A stretch of DNA of 32,000 bases from Aliivibrio fischeri ES114 (GCF_000011805.1 NC_006840.2), one strand, 5' to 3'. Counted from the first letter of the stretch, positions 1 through 7,585 are shown. The notes: generated from the sequence alone by a model not told the origin. Program-made: numbers and translations.

Positions 1-1023
1 TAAGTCAGTTTCTGTTAGTGAAGAAAGATCACCAGAGAAAAGCGCTTTCGTGATACGTTCAGCAGACGCTAAACCTTCTTCACCGTGAACTAAACGAGTT
101 ACTTCACGAGCGAGGATGCCTTGACCTTCAGGACGGCCCTGAACACTCTTATCACTCTCTTCAACAGCTGCAATCTCTTCTACTGTTAAGAAAGTGAAGA
201 AACGTAGGAAGTTATATACGTCAGCATCCGCAGTACCTAACCAGAATTGATAGAAAGCGTATGGTGATGTTTTATTTGAATCTAACCAAATTGTACCTGA
301 TTCAGTTTTACCAAACTTAGTACCATCTGATTTTGTAACTAGAGGAAGTGTTAAACCAAATACTTTATTGCGGTTCATACGACGAGTAAGGTCGATACCA
401 CCAGTGATGTTACCCCACTGATCTGAGCCACCAATTTGTAATGTACACTCTTTTGCTTTGTTCAATGCTGCAAAATCGTATGATTGAAGTAGCATGTAGC
501 TGAATTCAGTAAATGAAATACCAGAACCTTCACGATCGATACGTTGTTTTACTGATTCTTTTTGGATCATTGCATTTACGCTGAAGTGTTTACCTACATC
601 ACGCATAAATTCAATTACGTTAATTTGACCGATCCAATCTAAGTTGTTTACTACTTCAGCACCATTTTTCTCTTCTGTAAAATCAACAAAAGCTGAAACT
701 TGTGCTTTAATTTTGTTAACCCAATCGCCAACCACTTCATTCGTGTTTAGTTGACGCTCAGCAGCTTTAAAACTTGGGTCACCGATTAAGCCTGTAGCAC
801 CACCAACAAGAGCTAATGGTTTATGACCAGCTTGTTGGAAACGCTTAAGAACTAATAGTGGTACTAGGCTACCAATATGTAAGCTGTCTGCTGTCGGATC
901 GAAGCCACAATAGAGAGTACGACAGTCAGTTGAAAGGTGCTCAGCTAATTCTTCGTCTGCTGTGCACTGTGCAATAAGCCCACGAGCTTTTAAGTCTTGC
1001 AATAATTCGTTTGTTGCTGTCAT
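1..1023 (-). CDS. tyrS: Tyrosine--tRNA ligase, N-terminal 341 codons (ORF runs off left window edge)
   Basis: Not in the ORF track because there is no stop inside the window. My translation of the minus strand from ATG 1023-1021 gives [86 protein letters not shown]..., then later ...[10 protein letters not shown] (KMSKS-type loop). The frame stays open down to position 1. It matches the remembered E. coli TyrRS N-terminus and HIGH region. Confidence 0.95.
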   Translation of the reverse strand, partial: MTATNELLQDLKARGLIAQCTADEELAEHLSTDCRTLYCGFDPTADSLHIGSLVPLLVLKRFQQAGHKPLALVGGATGLIGDPSFKAAERQLNTNEVVGDWVNKIKAQVSAFVDFTEEKNGAEVVNNLDWIGQINVIEFMRDVGKHFSVNAMIQKESVKQRIDREGSGISFTEFSYMLLQSYDFAALNKAKECTLQIGGSDQWGNITGGIDLTRRMNRNKVFGLTLPLVTKSDGTKFGKTESGTIWLDSNKTSPYAFYQFWLGTADADVYNFLRFFTFLTVEEIAAVEESDKSVQGRPEGQGILAREVTRLVHGEEGLASAERITKALFSGDLSSLTETDL

Positions 1024-1300
1024 AGATAACCTACTTGTACTCTAAATTTAGGTATAAAAAAGAATACTCGATTTTACACATTTAGCGGCTAAATAACAGA
1101 GTTTACGAGTAAAAATACTTCAATAAGTAAATTATCAAATTATTGTCAGGAAAACGCCTTTTGTGACCGTTAGCGCAAACTCGAACAACATTAAATTTCC
1201 TCACTTGAAACTGCTATCTATGCCCATATTTCTTAAGTAGGTGTTGCTAAGATATAGTTCTCTTAGTTGCTATTTCTTTCTACTTCATAAAGGAAACAGA

Positions 1301-2071
1301 ATGAAAAAGTTTGCCCGTGCTGCAGTCTTAATGGTTTTAGTCTTTGGACGACCTCAAGCACAAGCTGCCTCTTTACTTGAACATATAGAGCCAGATTACC
1401 AAGAATCCAATCAATCAGAGATCGATCACCACCATGTACTTCACAGCTTAAATGGTCTTCTGTCCATTGATAGCTGGAACCATTTCTCGCATCAACCTTA
1501 CAATGACTTTGATATTTTAAGCTCTAAAGCACACCAAGCTCAGCATGAGTTAGAAAATATCTGTAAACAAACTGCTCTTATTTCCAATAGCCAGACTCAA
1601 TTTGCGGGAGTAAAAAATAATGAACGAGCAAAAATTAAAATTGAGCAAGAATTAAGTGGTCAGGTTAATCAACTGACTGATATCGCAAGAGCGACTGTCG
1701 TAGCTGACTCAATTCCTGATTTAGTTACCGCATATGAAGCATTAAATAGAGAAACAACTGTTGTTAGTGTTACTAACCGCTTTTCTCAACCTGCTAAATC
1801 TGGGTACAGAGACATAAAATTATTGGTTGAATTACCTAAAACAAAACTCATTGCAGAAATACAACTCCACTTAAAAGACATTGCAGATGTTAAGAATGGT
1901 GTTGAACATAAGATTTATGAAGAAATTCAAAGTATGGAACGTCTTGCTTTTGTCGAAAATCGTACATTTACTGAATTTGAAGAAGCTCGATTCACTAAAC
2001 TAAGAGGTCTTTCTCAATCTCTATATACCAATGCATGGCAGTCATACCTTCCAGCACAAGCTTTTGCATAG
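1301..2071 (+). CDS. Signal-peptide-bearing RelA/SpoT-fold nucleotidyltransferase (small alarmone synthetase-like; possibly RelV-type) protein, 256 aa
   Basis: The ORF-track frame is 1241..2071. I prefer ATG 1301 because an AAGGAAA Shine-Dalgarno lies 5-6 nt upstream. The N-terminus MKKFARAAVLMVLVFGRPQAQA/AS is a Sec-type signal with an AXA site. The C-terminal half has SAS synthetase motifs in order: GVKNNERAKIK, TDIARATVV, SGYRDIKLLV, AEIQLHL, EHKIYE. Compare remembered RelQ motifs GRVKPVASILEK, QDIAGLRIM, SGYRSYHLVV, VEIQIRT, EHSLNYK. Confidence 0.7.
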   Translation: MKKFARAAVLMVLVFGRPQAQAASLLEHIEPDYQESNQSEIDHHHVLHSLNGLLSIDSWNHFSHQPYNDFDILSSKAHQAQHELENICKQTALISNSQTQFAGVKNNERAKIKIEQELSGQVNQLTDIARATVVADSIPDLVTAYEALNRETTVVSVTNRFSQPAKSGYRDIKLLVELPKTKLIAEIQLHLKDIADVKNGVEHKIYEEIQSMERLAFVENRTFTEFEEARFTKLRGLSQSLYTNAWQSYLPAQAFA

Positions 2072-2085
2072 AATAAATACTAAAA

Positions 2086-2114
2086 AGAGCAATAAGATTT
2101 AATCTTATTGCTCT
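2086..2114. terminator. Hairpin shared by convergent genes (12-bp perfect stem AGAGCAATAAGA / TCTTATTGCTCT, 5-nt loop)
   Basis: Read directly from the sequence: agagcaataaga-tttaa-tcttattgctct. An A5 run lies on the left, which becomes a U-run for the minus-strand mini-ORF transcript. On the right is only a weak tccttt for the plus-strand gene. Confidence 0.7.
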
Positions 2115-2136
2115 TCCTTTCATACTCTCTCATCGC

Positions 2137-2226
2137 TTACGCCATTAATACCAAAGCCCCAAAAAAAGCTAATCCTGAAAAAACAGCTATTGTAGTAATA
2201 AGAGCAAATTTAAAATCGTGATCCAT
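2137..2226 (-). CDS. Candidate 29-aa hydrophobic membrane mini-protein
   Basis: Below the ORF-track size cutoff. Minus-strand ATG 2226-2224 is preceded by AATAAGGAGTCGTT (AAGGAG SD, 5-nt spacer). Translation: MDHDFKFALITTIAVFSGLAFFGALVLMA, ending at TAA 2139-2137. It is followed by the 2114..2086 hairpin plus a U-run. Confidence 0.35.
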   Translation of the reverse strand: MDHDFKFALITTIAVFSGLAFFGALVLMA

Positions 2227-2420
2227 AACGACTCCTTATTATTTCCATATACAGACAACGAATAAACAACTGCATTATCTGTTTACAAAAAATTAACAGT
2301 AATTTGAAGTATCTTCAAGGAATTGATCTTATTCAATCAGCAAGTTGGTATAAGCATCACAATGTCATCATAATAGATGCAGATTTGTGGTTTTTATGAA
2401 AAGGAATTCTAGGAGAAAAC

Positions 2421-3002
2421 ATGAAGCGTCTATCACTATTAGGGTTGTTAATATTAACCCCTTTACCCTCTCTCGCCCAAATACATATAACTCCTTCAGT
2501 TGGGTATGCTTCAGGTGGTGAAATTGAAGATACCGAAGGAGAAGTATACGAATTAAAAGGAAATACCGCCTATTCATTAGCGATCGAAACGGATTACGAT
2601 GCTGGCCGTATCGGCTTATTTTATAGCAATCAGACAAATGATATTGAAGGTATTAATCAAAGTTCCAATATGCACTATCTTCATTTTCAAAGTGCGCTAG
2701 ATTACCAATTAACTAAGAATATCAGTTCGTTTTTTGGATTAAGTATTGGTGGTACGTATGCGGATGTTGATTGGATAGATGAAAACATTCGATTTTCAGC
2801 TGGTGCTTTTGGTGGTTTCCAATATCACTTTACTGATAATTTTGCATTACAACTAGAAGGACGCTGGCTAGGTACCTCTGTTGATAGCAACTTTGATAGC
2901 AGTTGTGTTTCTACACCAGATAAAAACTCTTGTACGATTAAATATGAAGGAAGCTGGGTCAATCAATTTCAGGCTAATCTAGGGCTCAGATTCAGTTTTT
3001 AA
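2421..3002 (+). CDS. Small outer-membrane beta-barrel protein (OmpW/OMP_b-brl-like), 193 aa
   Basis: AGGAGA SD upstream. Signal peptide MKRLSLLGLLILTPLPSLAQ. The sequence shows alternating amphipathic strands rich in G/Y/F, and a C-terminal ...NLGLRFSF with terminal Phe, typical of BAM substrates. Confidence 0.8.
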   Translation: MKRLSLLGLLILTPLPSLAQIHITPSVGYASGGEIEDTEGEVYELKGNTAYSLAIETDYDAGRIGLFYSNQTNDIEGINQSSNMHYLHFQSALDYQLTKNISSFFGLSIGGTYADVDWIDENIRFSAGAFGGFQYHFTDNFALQLEGRWLGTSVDSNFDSSCVSTPDKNSCTIKYEGSWVNQFQANLGLRFSF

Positions 3003-3028
3003 TCGCACCTTATTTATGAAAAGAAAGA

Positions 3029-3060
3029 TTAGGCATTTTCAAAACAGTGAAAATGCCTAA
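3029..3060 (+). terminator. 13-bp perfect hairpin after the OMP gene (no U-run)
   Basis: ttaggcattttca-aaacag-tgaaaatgcctaa, read directly. It is followed by aaattacaac rather than a T-run, so it is either a weak intrinsic terminator or an RNA-stabilising 3' hairpin. Confidence 0.5.
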
Positions 3061-3373
3061 AATTACAACACTTAATCATTATTTTATAAATAACACAATT
3101 AATTATGTAACCTTTATTTAACAACAAATAACCCCATACAACCACTTCTTATCAAGAACCATACCTAAAAATACCCCATTAACCAGCACAAAACACTACC
3201 TGAAACATATTAACCTACCTTTTTGTCATATTGCGTTAACATATATAAATAGGTAATCTGACTTTAATGCTTAGGGAATACATCCAATTTAAGCAAAATC
3301 AATTTGAATTTATCAGAGAATGATACCAATTAAGCTTCAATTCTCAGGGAAAAGTTTTTTAAAGGAGTAATTT

Positions 3374-4840
3374 ATGAAGCGTGAACAATGGGGTTCTCGT
3401 GCAGGATTTATTCTTGCAGCAGTAGGATCTGCTATCGGTTTAGGTAATATCTGGCGCTTTCCATATATGGCATATGAAAATGGTGGCGGTGCTTTTTTCA
3501 TTCCTTATTTATTTGCCATGATCACTGCTGGTATTCCATTTATGATCATGGAATTTGGTATGGGTCATAAATATAGAGGATCGGCACCACGCACTTTCGC
3601 CAAGCTCAACCAAAAATATGAATGGTTAGGTTGGTTTCAGGTAATGATCGCAGCCGTTATCGCCGTTTATTATGTTGCAGTTATTGGCTGGGCAATCTCT
3701 TATTTCAGCATGTCTTTCTCACAAAGTTGGGGACAAGATACTAATGCTTACTTTTTCAGTGAATATCTACAATTAGGTGACAACTCACCAAGTAAGCTAG
3801 GTAGTATTCAATGGCATATCGCTATACCTATGCTTCTTGCTTGGGCAATTACTTTTGCAGCCATTTTTGGTGGGGTGAAAAGTGGTATTGAACGAGCAAG
3901 TAAAATTATGATGCCTTTACTGTTTATTATGGTTATTGCTCTTATTGGTCGTATGGTTTTCTTACCTGGCGCATTGGATGGCCTGAACTACTTATTCCAG
4001 CCAGATTTTAGCAAAATTACGGATCCAAAAGTTTGGTCTGCGGCATACGGACAAATCTTCTTTACCCTAAGTGTTGGCTTCGCCATCATGCTTGCTTATT
4101 CAAGTTACCTTCCTGAAAAATCAGATGTTAATAACAACGCCTTTATGACGGTACTAATTAACTGTGGCTTTTCTATTATTGCAGGTATTCTTATCTTCTC
4201 TGTTCTTGGTTACATGGCTCAAGAACAAGGAAAGCCATTAACTGAAGTCGTTAGTGCAGGCGTTGGTTTGGCATTTGTTACTATTCCTGCGGCAATTAAC
4301 TTACTGCCAATACCTTATATTTTAGGCCCACTATTCTTCTTAGCACTTGTTGTGGCAGGTTTAAGCTCTCACATATCTATTATTGAAGCCGTTACCTCTG
4401 CATTTATCGATAAACTAAATTGGTCTCGTAGAAAAGCTGCTTCAGTTGTTTGTGGTTCTGGTTTAATTATTTCAATGGCATTTGCAACAAATGGCGGTCT
4501 ACTGCTGTTGGATCTTGTTGATTATTTCATTAACAACATCGCTCTACTTGCAAGCTGCTTGATTGAACTACTTATTATGGGTTGGCTAGTAAAACTTGCA
4601 GATATTCGTTCACACGTAAACGCTGTATCAGAATTTACAGTTGGTAAATGGTTTGAAATTTGCCTACGATTCGTAAGCCCTGCTTTCTTAGTCGTTATCC
4701 TAGGCACCAATATTATTAATACGCTAACTGATGGTTATGGTGGTTACGCACAATCAGATTTACTGCTACTTGGCTGGGGCTTAATTGCAGCAATGCTAGT
4801 TGTCGGTATTATTATTAATAAATCAAGCAAGGAGGCTTAA
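3374..4840 (+). CDS. Sodium-dependent transporter, neurotransmitter:sodium symporter (NSS/SNF) family, 488 aa
   Basis: AAAGGAG SD upstream. The N-terminus has WGSRAGFILAAVGSAIGLGNIWRFPYMAYENGGGAFFIPY, the hallmark NSS TM1 signature. The protein is multi-pass hydrophobic throughout. Confidence 0.92.
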   Translation: MKREQWGSRAGFILAAVGSAIGLGNIWRFPYMAYENGGGAFFIPYLFAMITAGIPFMIMEFGMGHKYRGSAPRTFAKLNQKYEWLGWFQVMIAAVIAVYYVAVIGWAISYFSMSFSQSWGQDTNAYFFSEYLQLGDNSPSKLGSIQWHIAIPMLLAWAITFAAIFGGVKSGIERASKIMMPLLFIMVIALIGRMVFLPGALDGLNYLFQPDFSKITDPKVWSAAYGQIFFTLSVGFAIMLAYSSYLPEKSDVNNNAFMTVLINCGFSIIAGILIFSVLGYMAQEQGKPLTEVVSAGVGLAFVTIPAAINLLPIPYILGPLFFLALVVAGLSSHISIIEAVTSAFIDKLNWSRRKAASVVCGSGLIISMAFATNGGLLLLDLVDYFINNIALLASCLIELLIMGWLVKLADIRSHVNAVSEFTVGKWFEICLRFVSPAFLVVILGTNIINTLTDGYGGYAQSDLLLLGWGLIAAMLVVGIIINKSSKEA

Positions 4841-4841
4841 T

Positions 4842-4937
4842 ATGGAAACGGGTGCAATCATTATGATGATTATTGGTTTAGGGATCACTTGGGGGGGTGC
4901 AGCCTTCTGTATTCGTAAAGCAATGAACAGTAACTAG
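4842..4937 (+). CDS. MetS-type small subunit of NSS transporter (31 aa)
   Basis: Below the ORF-track cutoff. ATG 4842 lies 1 nt after the NSS stop, with a perfect AAGGAGG SD inside the NSS 3' end (7-nt spacer). Translation: METGAIIMMIIGLGITWGGAAFCIRKAMNSN, then TAG 4935-4937. The pattern AIIMM..G..I.WGG followed by a basic tail matches my memory of the MetS family (the small partner of MetP-type NSS methionine/alanine importers). Confidence 0.75.
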   Translation: METGAIIMMIIGLGITWGGAAFCIRKAMNSN

Positions 4938-4969
4938 AAACTAGAAACTAGAAACTAGAAACTAGAAAA
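4935..4969. repeat. Tandem heptamer array (TAGAAAC)x4 + TAGAAAA
   Basis: Counted directly: copies at 4935, 4942, 4949, 4956 and 4963. The first TAG is the stop codon of the 31-aa ORF. There are 5 CTAG tetranucleotides in 35 nt. Confidence 0.95.
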
Positions 4970-4979
4970 TGCTAACCTT

Positions 4980-5006
4980 AAAGCAGATCTTCGGATCTGC
5001 TTTTTT
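4980..5006 (+). terminator. Rho-independent terminator of the NSS/MetS operon
   Basis: aagcagatc-ttcg-gatctgctt followed by T6. This is a 9-bp perfect stem with a UUCG tetraloop. Confidence 0.9.
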
Positions 5007-5032
5007 ATACCGTTCTGATAATGGATTAAATC

Positions 5033-5662
5033 ATGACTACACTCTACTCTTTTCGACGTTGCCCCTATGCCATGCGCGCACGACTTGGCATAGTTCAATC
5101 AAACAAAACCGTGCATCTTCGTGAGATTATATTAAAAAGCAAACCTGAAGCGATGCTTCAAGCCTCACCTAAAGGCACTGTACCTGTATTAATTACCAAT
5201 AAGGGTAAAGTTATCGATGAGAGCTTAGATATTATGAAATGGGCACTAGAAGGCTCTGAGCTATTGCTATCAGCAACAAACGAGATGTTTCAATTGATTC
5301 GAGAGAACGATGATATTTTCAAAAGTTGGTTAGATAAATATAAGTACGCTGATCGCTACCCTGAATACTCTGAAATTTACTACCGAGAACAAGGTGAGCT
5401 GTTTTTAAATAAATTAGAACAAAGACTAACGACTTCACCGATGCTTTTCTCTAAACAATACAGTTTTGCAGATTTAGCTATTCTTCCATTTATTCGTCAA
5501 TTTGCTTTTGTTGATATTCATTGGTTTTACCAGAGTAAATATAAAAATTTACAGCGTTGGTTATTTGAGTTTATAGAATCAGAACTGTTTAATTCAATAA
5601 TGAATAAATACCCTACATGGTTAGATTCACACCAAGAATTTATCTTTCCAGAACAAAAATAA
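5033..5662 (+). CDS. Glutathione S-transferase family protein (thioredoxin-fold N-domain with CPYA active-site motif), 209 aa
   Basis: MTTLYSFRRCPYAMRARLG... shows a glutaredoxin/GST N-terminal beta-alpha-beta with a catalytic Cys, then ...GTVPVL...ESLDIM (cis-Pro and Ser/Glu GSH-binding region) and a helical C-domain. The subfamily is not resolved. Confidence 0.75.
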   Translation: MTTLYSFRRCPYAMRARLGIVQSNKTVHLREIILKSKPEAMLQASPKGTVPVLITNKGKVIDESLDIMKWALEGSELLLSATNEMFQLIRENDDIFKSWLDKYKYADRYPEYSEIYYREQGELFLNKLEQRLTTSPMLFSKQYSFADLAILPFIRQFAFVDIHWFYQSKYKNLQRWLFEFIESELFNSIMNKYPTWLDSHQEFIFPEQK

Positions 5663-5691
5663 AAAAAGGAGACCAATTGGCCTCCTTTTTT
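5661..5691. terminator. Bidirectional terminator between GST (+) and ptsG (-)
   Basis: A7-ggagacc-aatt-ggcctcc-T6. The stem has one A.C mismatch. A/T runs on both sides suit both convergent genes. Confidence 0.8.
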
Positions 5692-5708
5692 ATTCTTTCA
5701 ATGATGAA

Positions 5709-7136
5709 TTAATTGTTGCTAATCCACTCATTCATGTCTGTTTTAAGGTTATCAGACTTAGTACCGAAGATAGCTTGTACACCAGAACCAGCTACAACAA
5801 CACCAGCAGCGCCAAGTTGTTTTAGTTTATCTTGGTTTACAGCTTCAACATTCGCTACAGAAACACGTAGACGAGTGATACAAGCGTCAAGGTTAGTGAT
5901 GTTCTCTTTACCACCGAATGCAGCAACTAGTTCACCAGCTAGTTCAGAACCTGTTACTTTAGTAGCAGAGTCATCTTCATCTTCACGACCAGGTGTTTTT
6001 AGGTTCATTGCTTTGATTACAGCGCGGAATACTACGTAGTAAACAACAGCGTAAACAAGACCAAGACCAACAAGAAGAAGCATATTCTCAGCTCGTGGAG
6101 ATTGAACAACGAAGTCAATGAAACCATTTGAGAATGTGTGACCGTGAACGATACCTAGTGCGTTAGTTAGCATGTATGCAACACCAGCTAATACAGCGTG
6201 GATAGCGTACAGTACAGGAGCAACGAATAGGAATGCGAATTCGATTGGTTCAGTAATACCTGTTAGGAATGAAGTTAACGCAGCAGATGCCATGATACCC
6301 ATTACTTTAGCGCGGTTTTCAGGTTTTGCTGAGTGTGCAATTGCGATTGCAGCAGCAGGAAGACCGAACATTTTGAATAAGTAACCACCAGCTAGTTGAC
6401 CGAAACCGTTACCTGCTGCACGAGATGCATCATCAGCAGTTAGGAAACAAGTCATGATACCATTTACGTGTTCACCAGCATTGTTCACACAAGAACCAGC
6501 TTCGTAGAAGAACGGTACGTTCCAGATATGGTGTAGACCAAAAGGAATTAGAGAACGTTCAATAACACCGTAGATACCGAATGCAGCTACTGGGTTTTGA
6601 TGTGCAGCCCAGTCAGAGAATGCTGCAATAGCACCACCGATTGGAGGCCATACAACTGATAGGATAAGACCTAGAGCGATAGATGCAAAACCAGTTACGA
6701 TTGGCACAGCACGCTTACCAGCGAAGAAACCTAGGTATTCAGGAAGTTGAATACGGTAGAACTTGTTGAATGCCCAACCAGCAACACCACCAGCTAGGAT
6801 ACCACCAAGAACACCAGTCTCAATGCCATCAACACCCATTACAGTTGCCATTACTTTTAATGTAGCAACCATGATGCCGTAACCAACAACAGCAGCTAGA
6901 CCAGCAACGCCATCATTGTTTGTAAAACCAAGTGCAGTACCAACAGCAAATAGCAGAGCCATTTGACCAAATACTGAACCACCAGCTTGTTCCATTAAGT
7001 GAGAAACCACTTCTGGAAGGAAACTAAAGTTGGCTGCACCAACCCCTAAAAGAATACCAGCAACAGGAAGAACTGATACAGGCAGCATTAGCGCCTTACC
7101 AACTTTCTGTAGGCTAGCAAAAAGGTGTTTAAACAT
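5709..7136 (-). CDS. ptsG: PTS glucose-specific EIICB component, 475 aa
   Basis: [33 protein letters not shown]... and the C-terminal ...[17 protein letters not shown]...[17 protein letters not shown] are near-identical to remembered E. coli PtsG (477 aa), including the EIIB Cys motif. An AGGAG SD lies upstream. Confidence 0.97.
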   Translation of the reverse strand: MFKHLFASLQKVGKALMLPVSVLPVAGILLGVGAANFSFLPEVVSHLMEQAGGSVFGQMALLFAVGTALGFTNNDGVAGLAAVVGYGIMVATLKVMATVMGVDGIETGVLGGILAGGVAGWAFNKFYRIQLPEYLGFFAGKRAVPIVTGFASIALGLILSVVWPPIGGAIAAFSDWAAHQNPVAAFGIYGVIERSLIPFGLHHIWNVPFFYEAGSCVNNAGEHVNGIMTCFLTADDASRAAGNGFGQLAGGYLFKMFGLPAAAIAIAHSAKPENRAKVMGIMASAALTSFLTGITEPIEFAFLFVAPVLYAIHAVLAGVAYMLTNALGIVHGHTFSNGFIDFVVQSPRAENMLLLVGLGLVYAVVYYVVFRAVIKAMNLKTPGREDEDDSATKVTGSELAGELVAAFGGKENITNLDACITRLRVSVANVEAVNQDKLKQLGAAGVVVAGSGVQAIFGTKSDNLKTDMNEWISNN

Positions 7137-7474
7137 GTTTTGCTCCTAATATTTATAACTACAATTTGGATTTAATTATTTACTTATTAATTACGGCAAT
7201 ATCCCCCTTGCCTTTGATGCAATCAATAAATTGTAAATAATCGTATCTCAAATCAAACTGCGCTAAATATAGACCTATGCAAAACCAGTTTCTAGCATGT
7301 TTTCATTTATTGTTTTAAAACCCTGCAGTGATCACAAAAGCAAGGCTTAGAAATTTCTTCCAGAAAAAACAAATTTAAACTCAAGATATTGATTTAAAAG
7401 GTATTACATTGAAAAAATCAAAAACTAAAATGTTATTTTTAGCAACAAAAATAGATAGTACAAATATAATACAA

Positions 7475-7490
7475 ACGTAAACGTTTACGT
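7475..7490. promoter_or_regulatory. Perfect 16-bp palindrome ACGTAAACGTTTACGT, candidate LacI/GalR-family operator
   Basis: Read directly: acgtaaac/gtttacgt is an exact reverse complement. The central AAACGTTT core with CG centre resembles the PurR box ACGCAAACGTTTGCGT and other LacI-family operators. It lies 339 nt upstream of the ptsG ATG and just downstream of the ycfH terminator. Confidence 0.4.
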
Positions 7491-7530
7491 ATCGTGATCG
7501 GTATAAAAAACAGGGTTAAATCCGTAAAAT

Positions 7531-7555
7531 AAAAAAAAAGGAGACCTAAGCCTCC
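7531..7555 (-). terminator. Terminator of the ycfH-ending operon
   Basis: On the minus strand: ggaggc-tta-g-gtctcc followed by T9 (plus strand A9 at 7531-7539). The stem is short, with one mismatch. Confidence 0.65.
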
Positions 7556-7585
7556 TTTATCGATTACTTTACAACCAATATCTAA

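Noticed and set aside
1241-1300. 20-codon N-terminal extension of the first ORF (MLLRYSSLSCYFFLLHKGNR)
   Set aside because: It begins at a non-ATG codon (GTG at 1241) with no SD. The ATG at 1301 has an AAGGAAA SD and starts a clean signal peptide, so the extension is most likely an artefact of longest-ORF calling.
2368-2637. 89-aa minus-strand ORF overlapping the start of the OMP gene
   Set aside because: It is antisense to a well-supported signal-peptide/beta-barrel gene. It has no SD, and its sequence is low-complexity with no recognisable motif.
5713-6384. Plus-strand ORFs (108 aa, 70 aa) inside ptsG
   Set aside because: They are antisense shadows of a highly conserved gene. Their Ser/Thr/Ala/Pro-rich translations are typical of the reverse frame of membrane-protein genes.
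7327-7345. TGTGATCAC sequence upstream of ptsG as a CRP site
   Set aside because: Only one TGTGA half-site is present. The partner half after the 6-nt spacer (CAGGG) does not resemble TCACA. GTGATCAC is a small self-palindrome, not a 22-bp CRP box.
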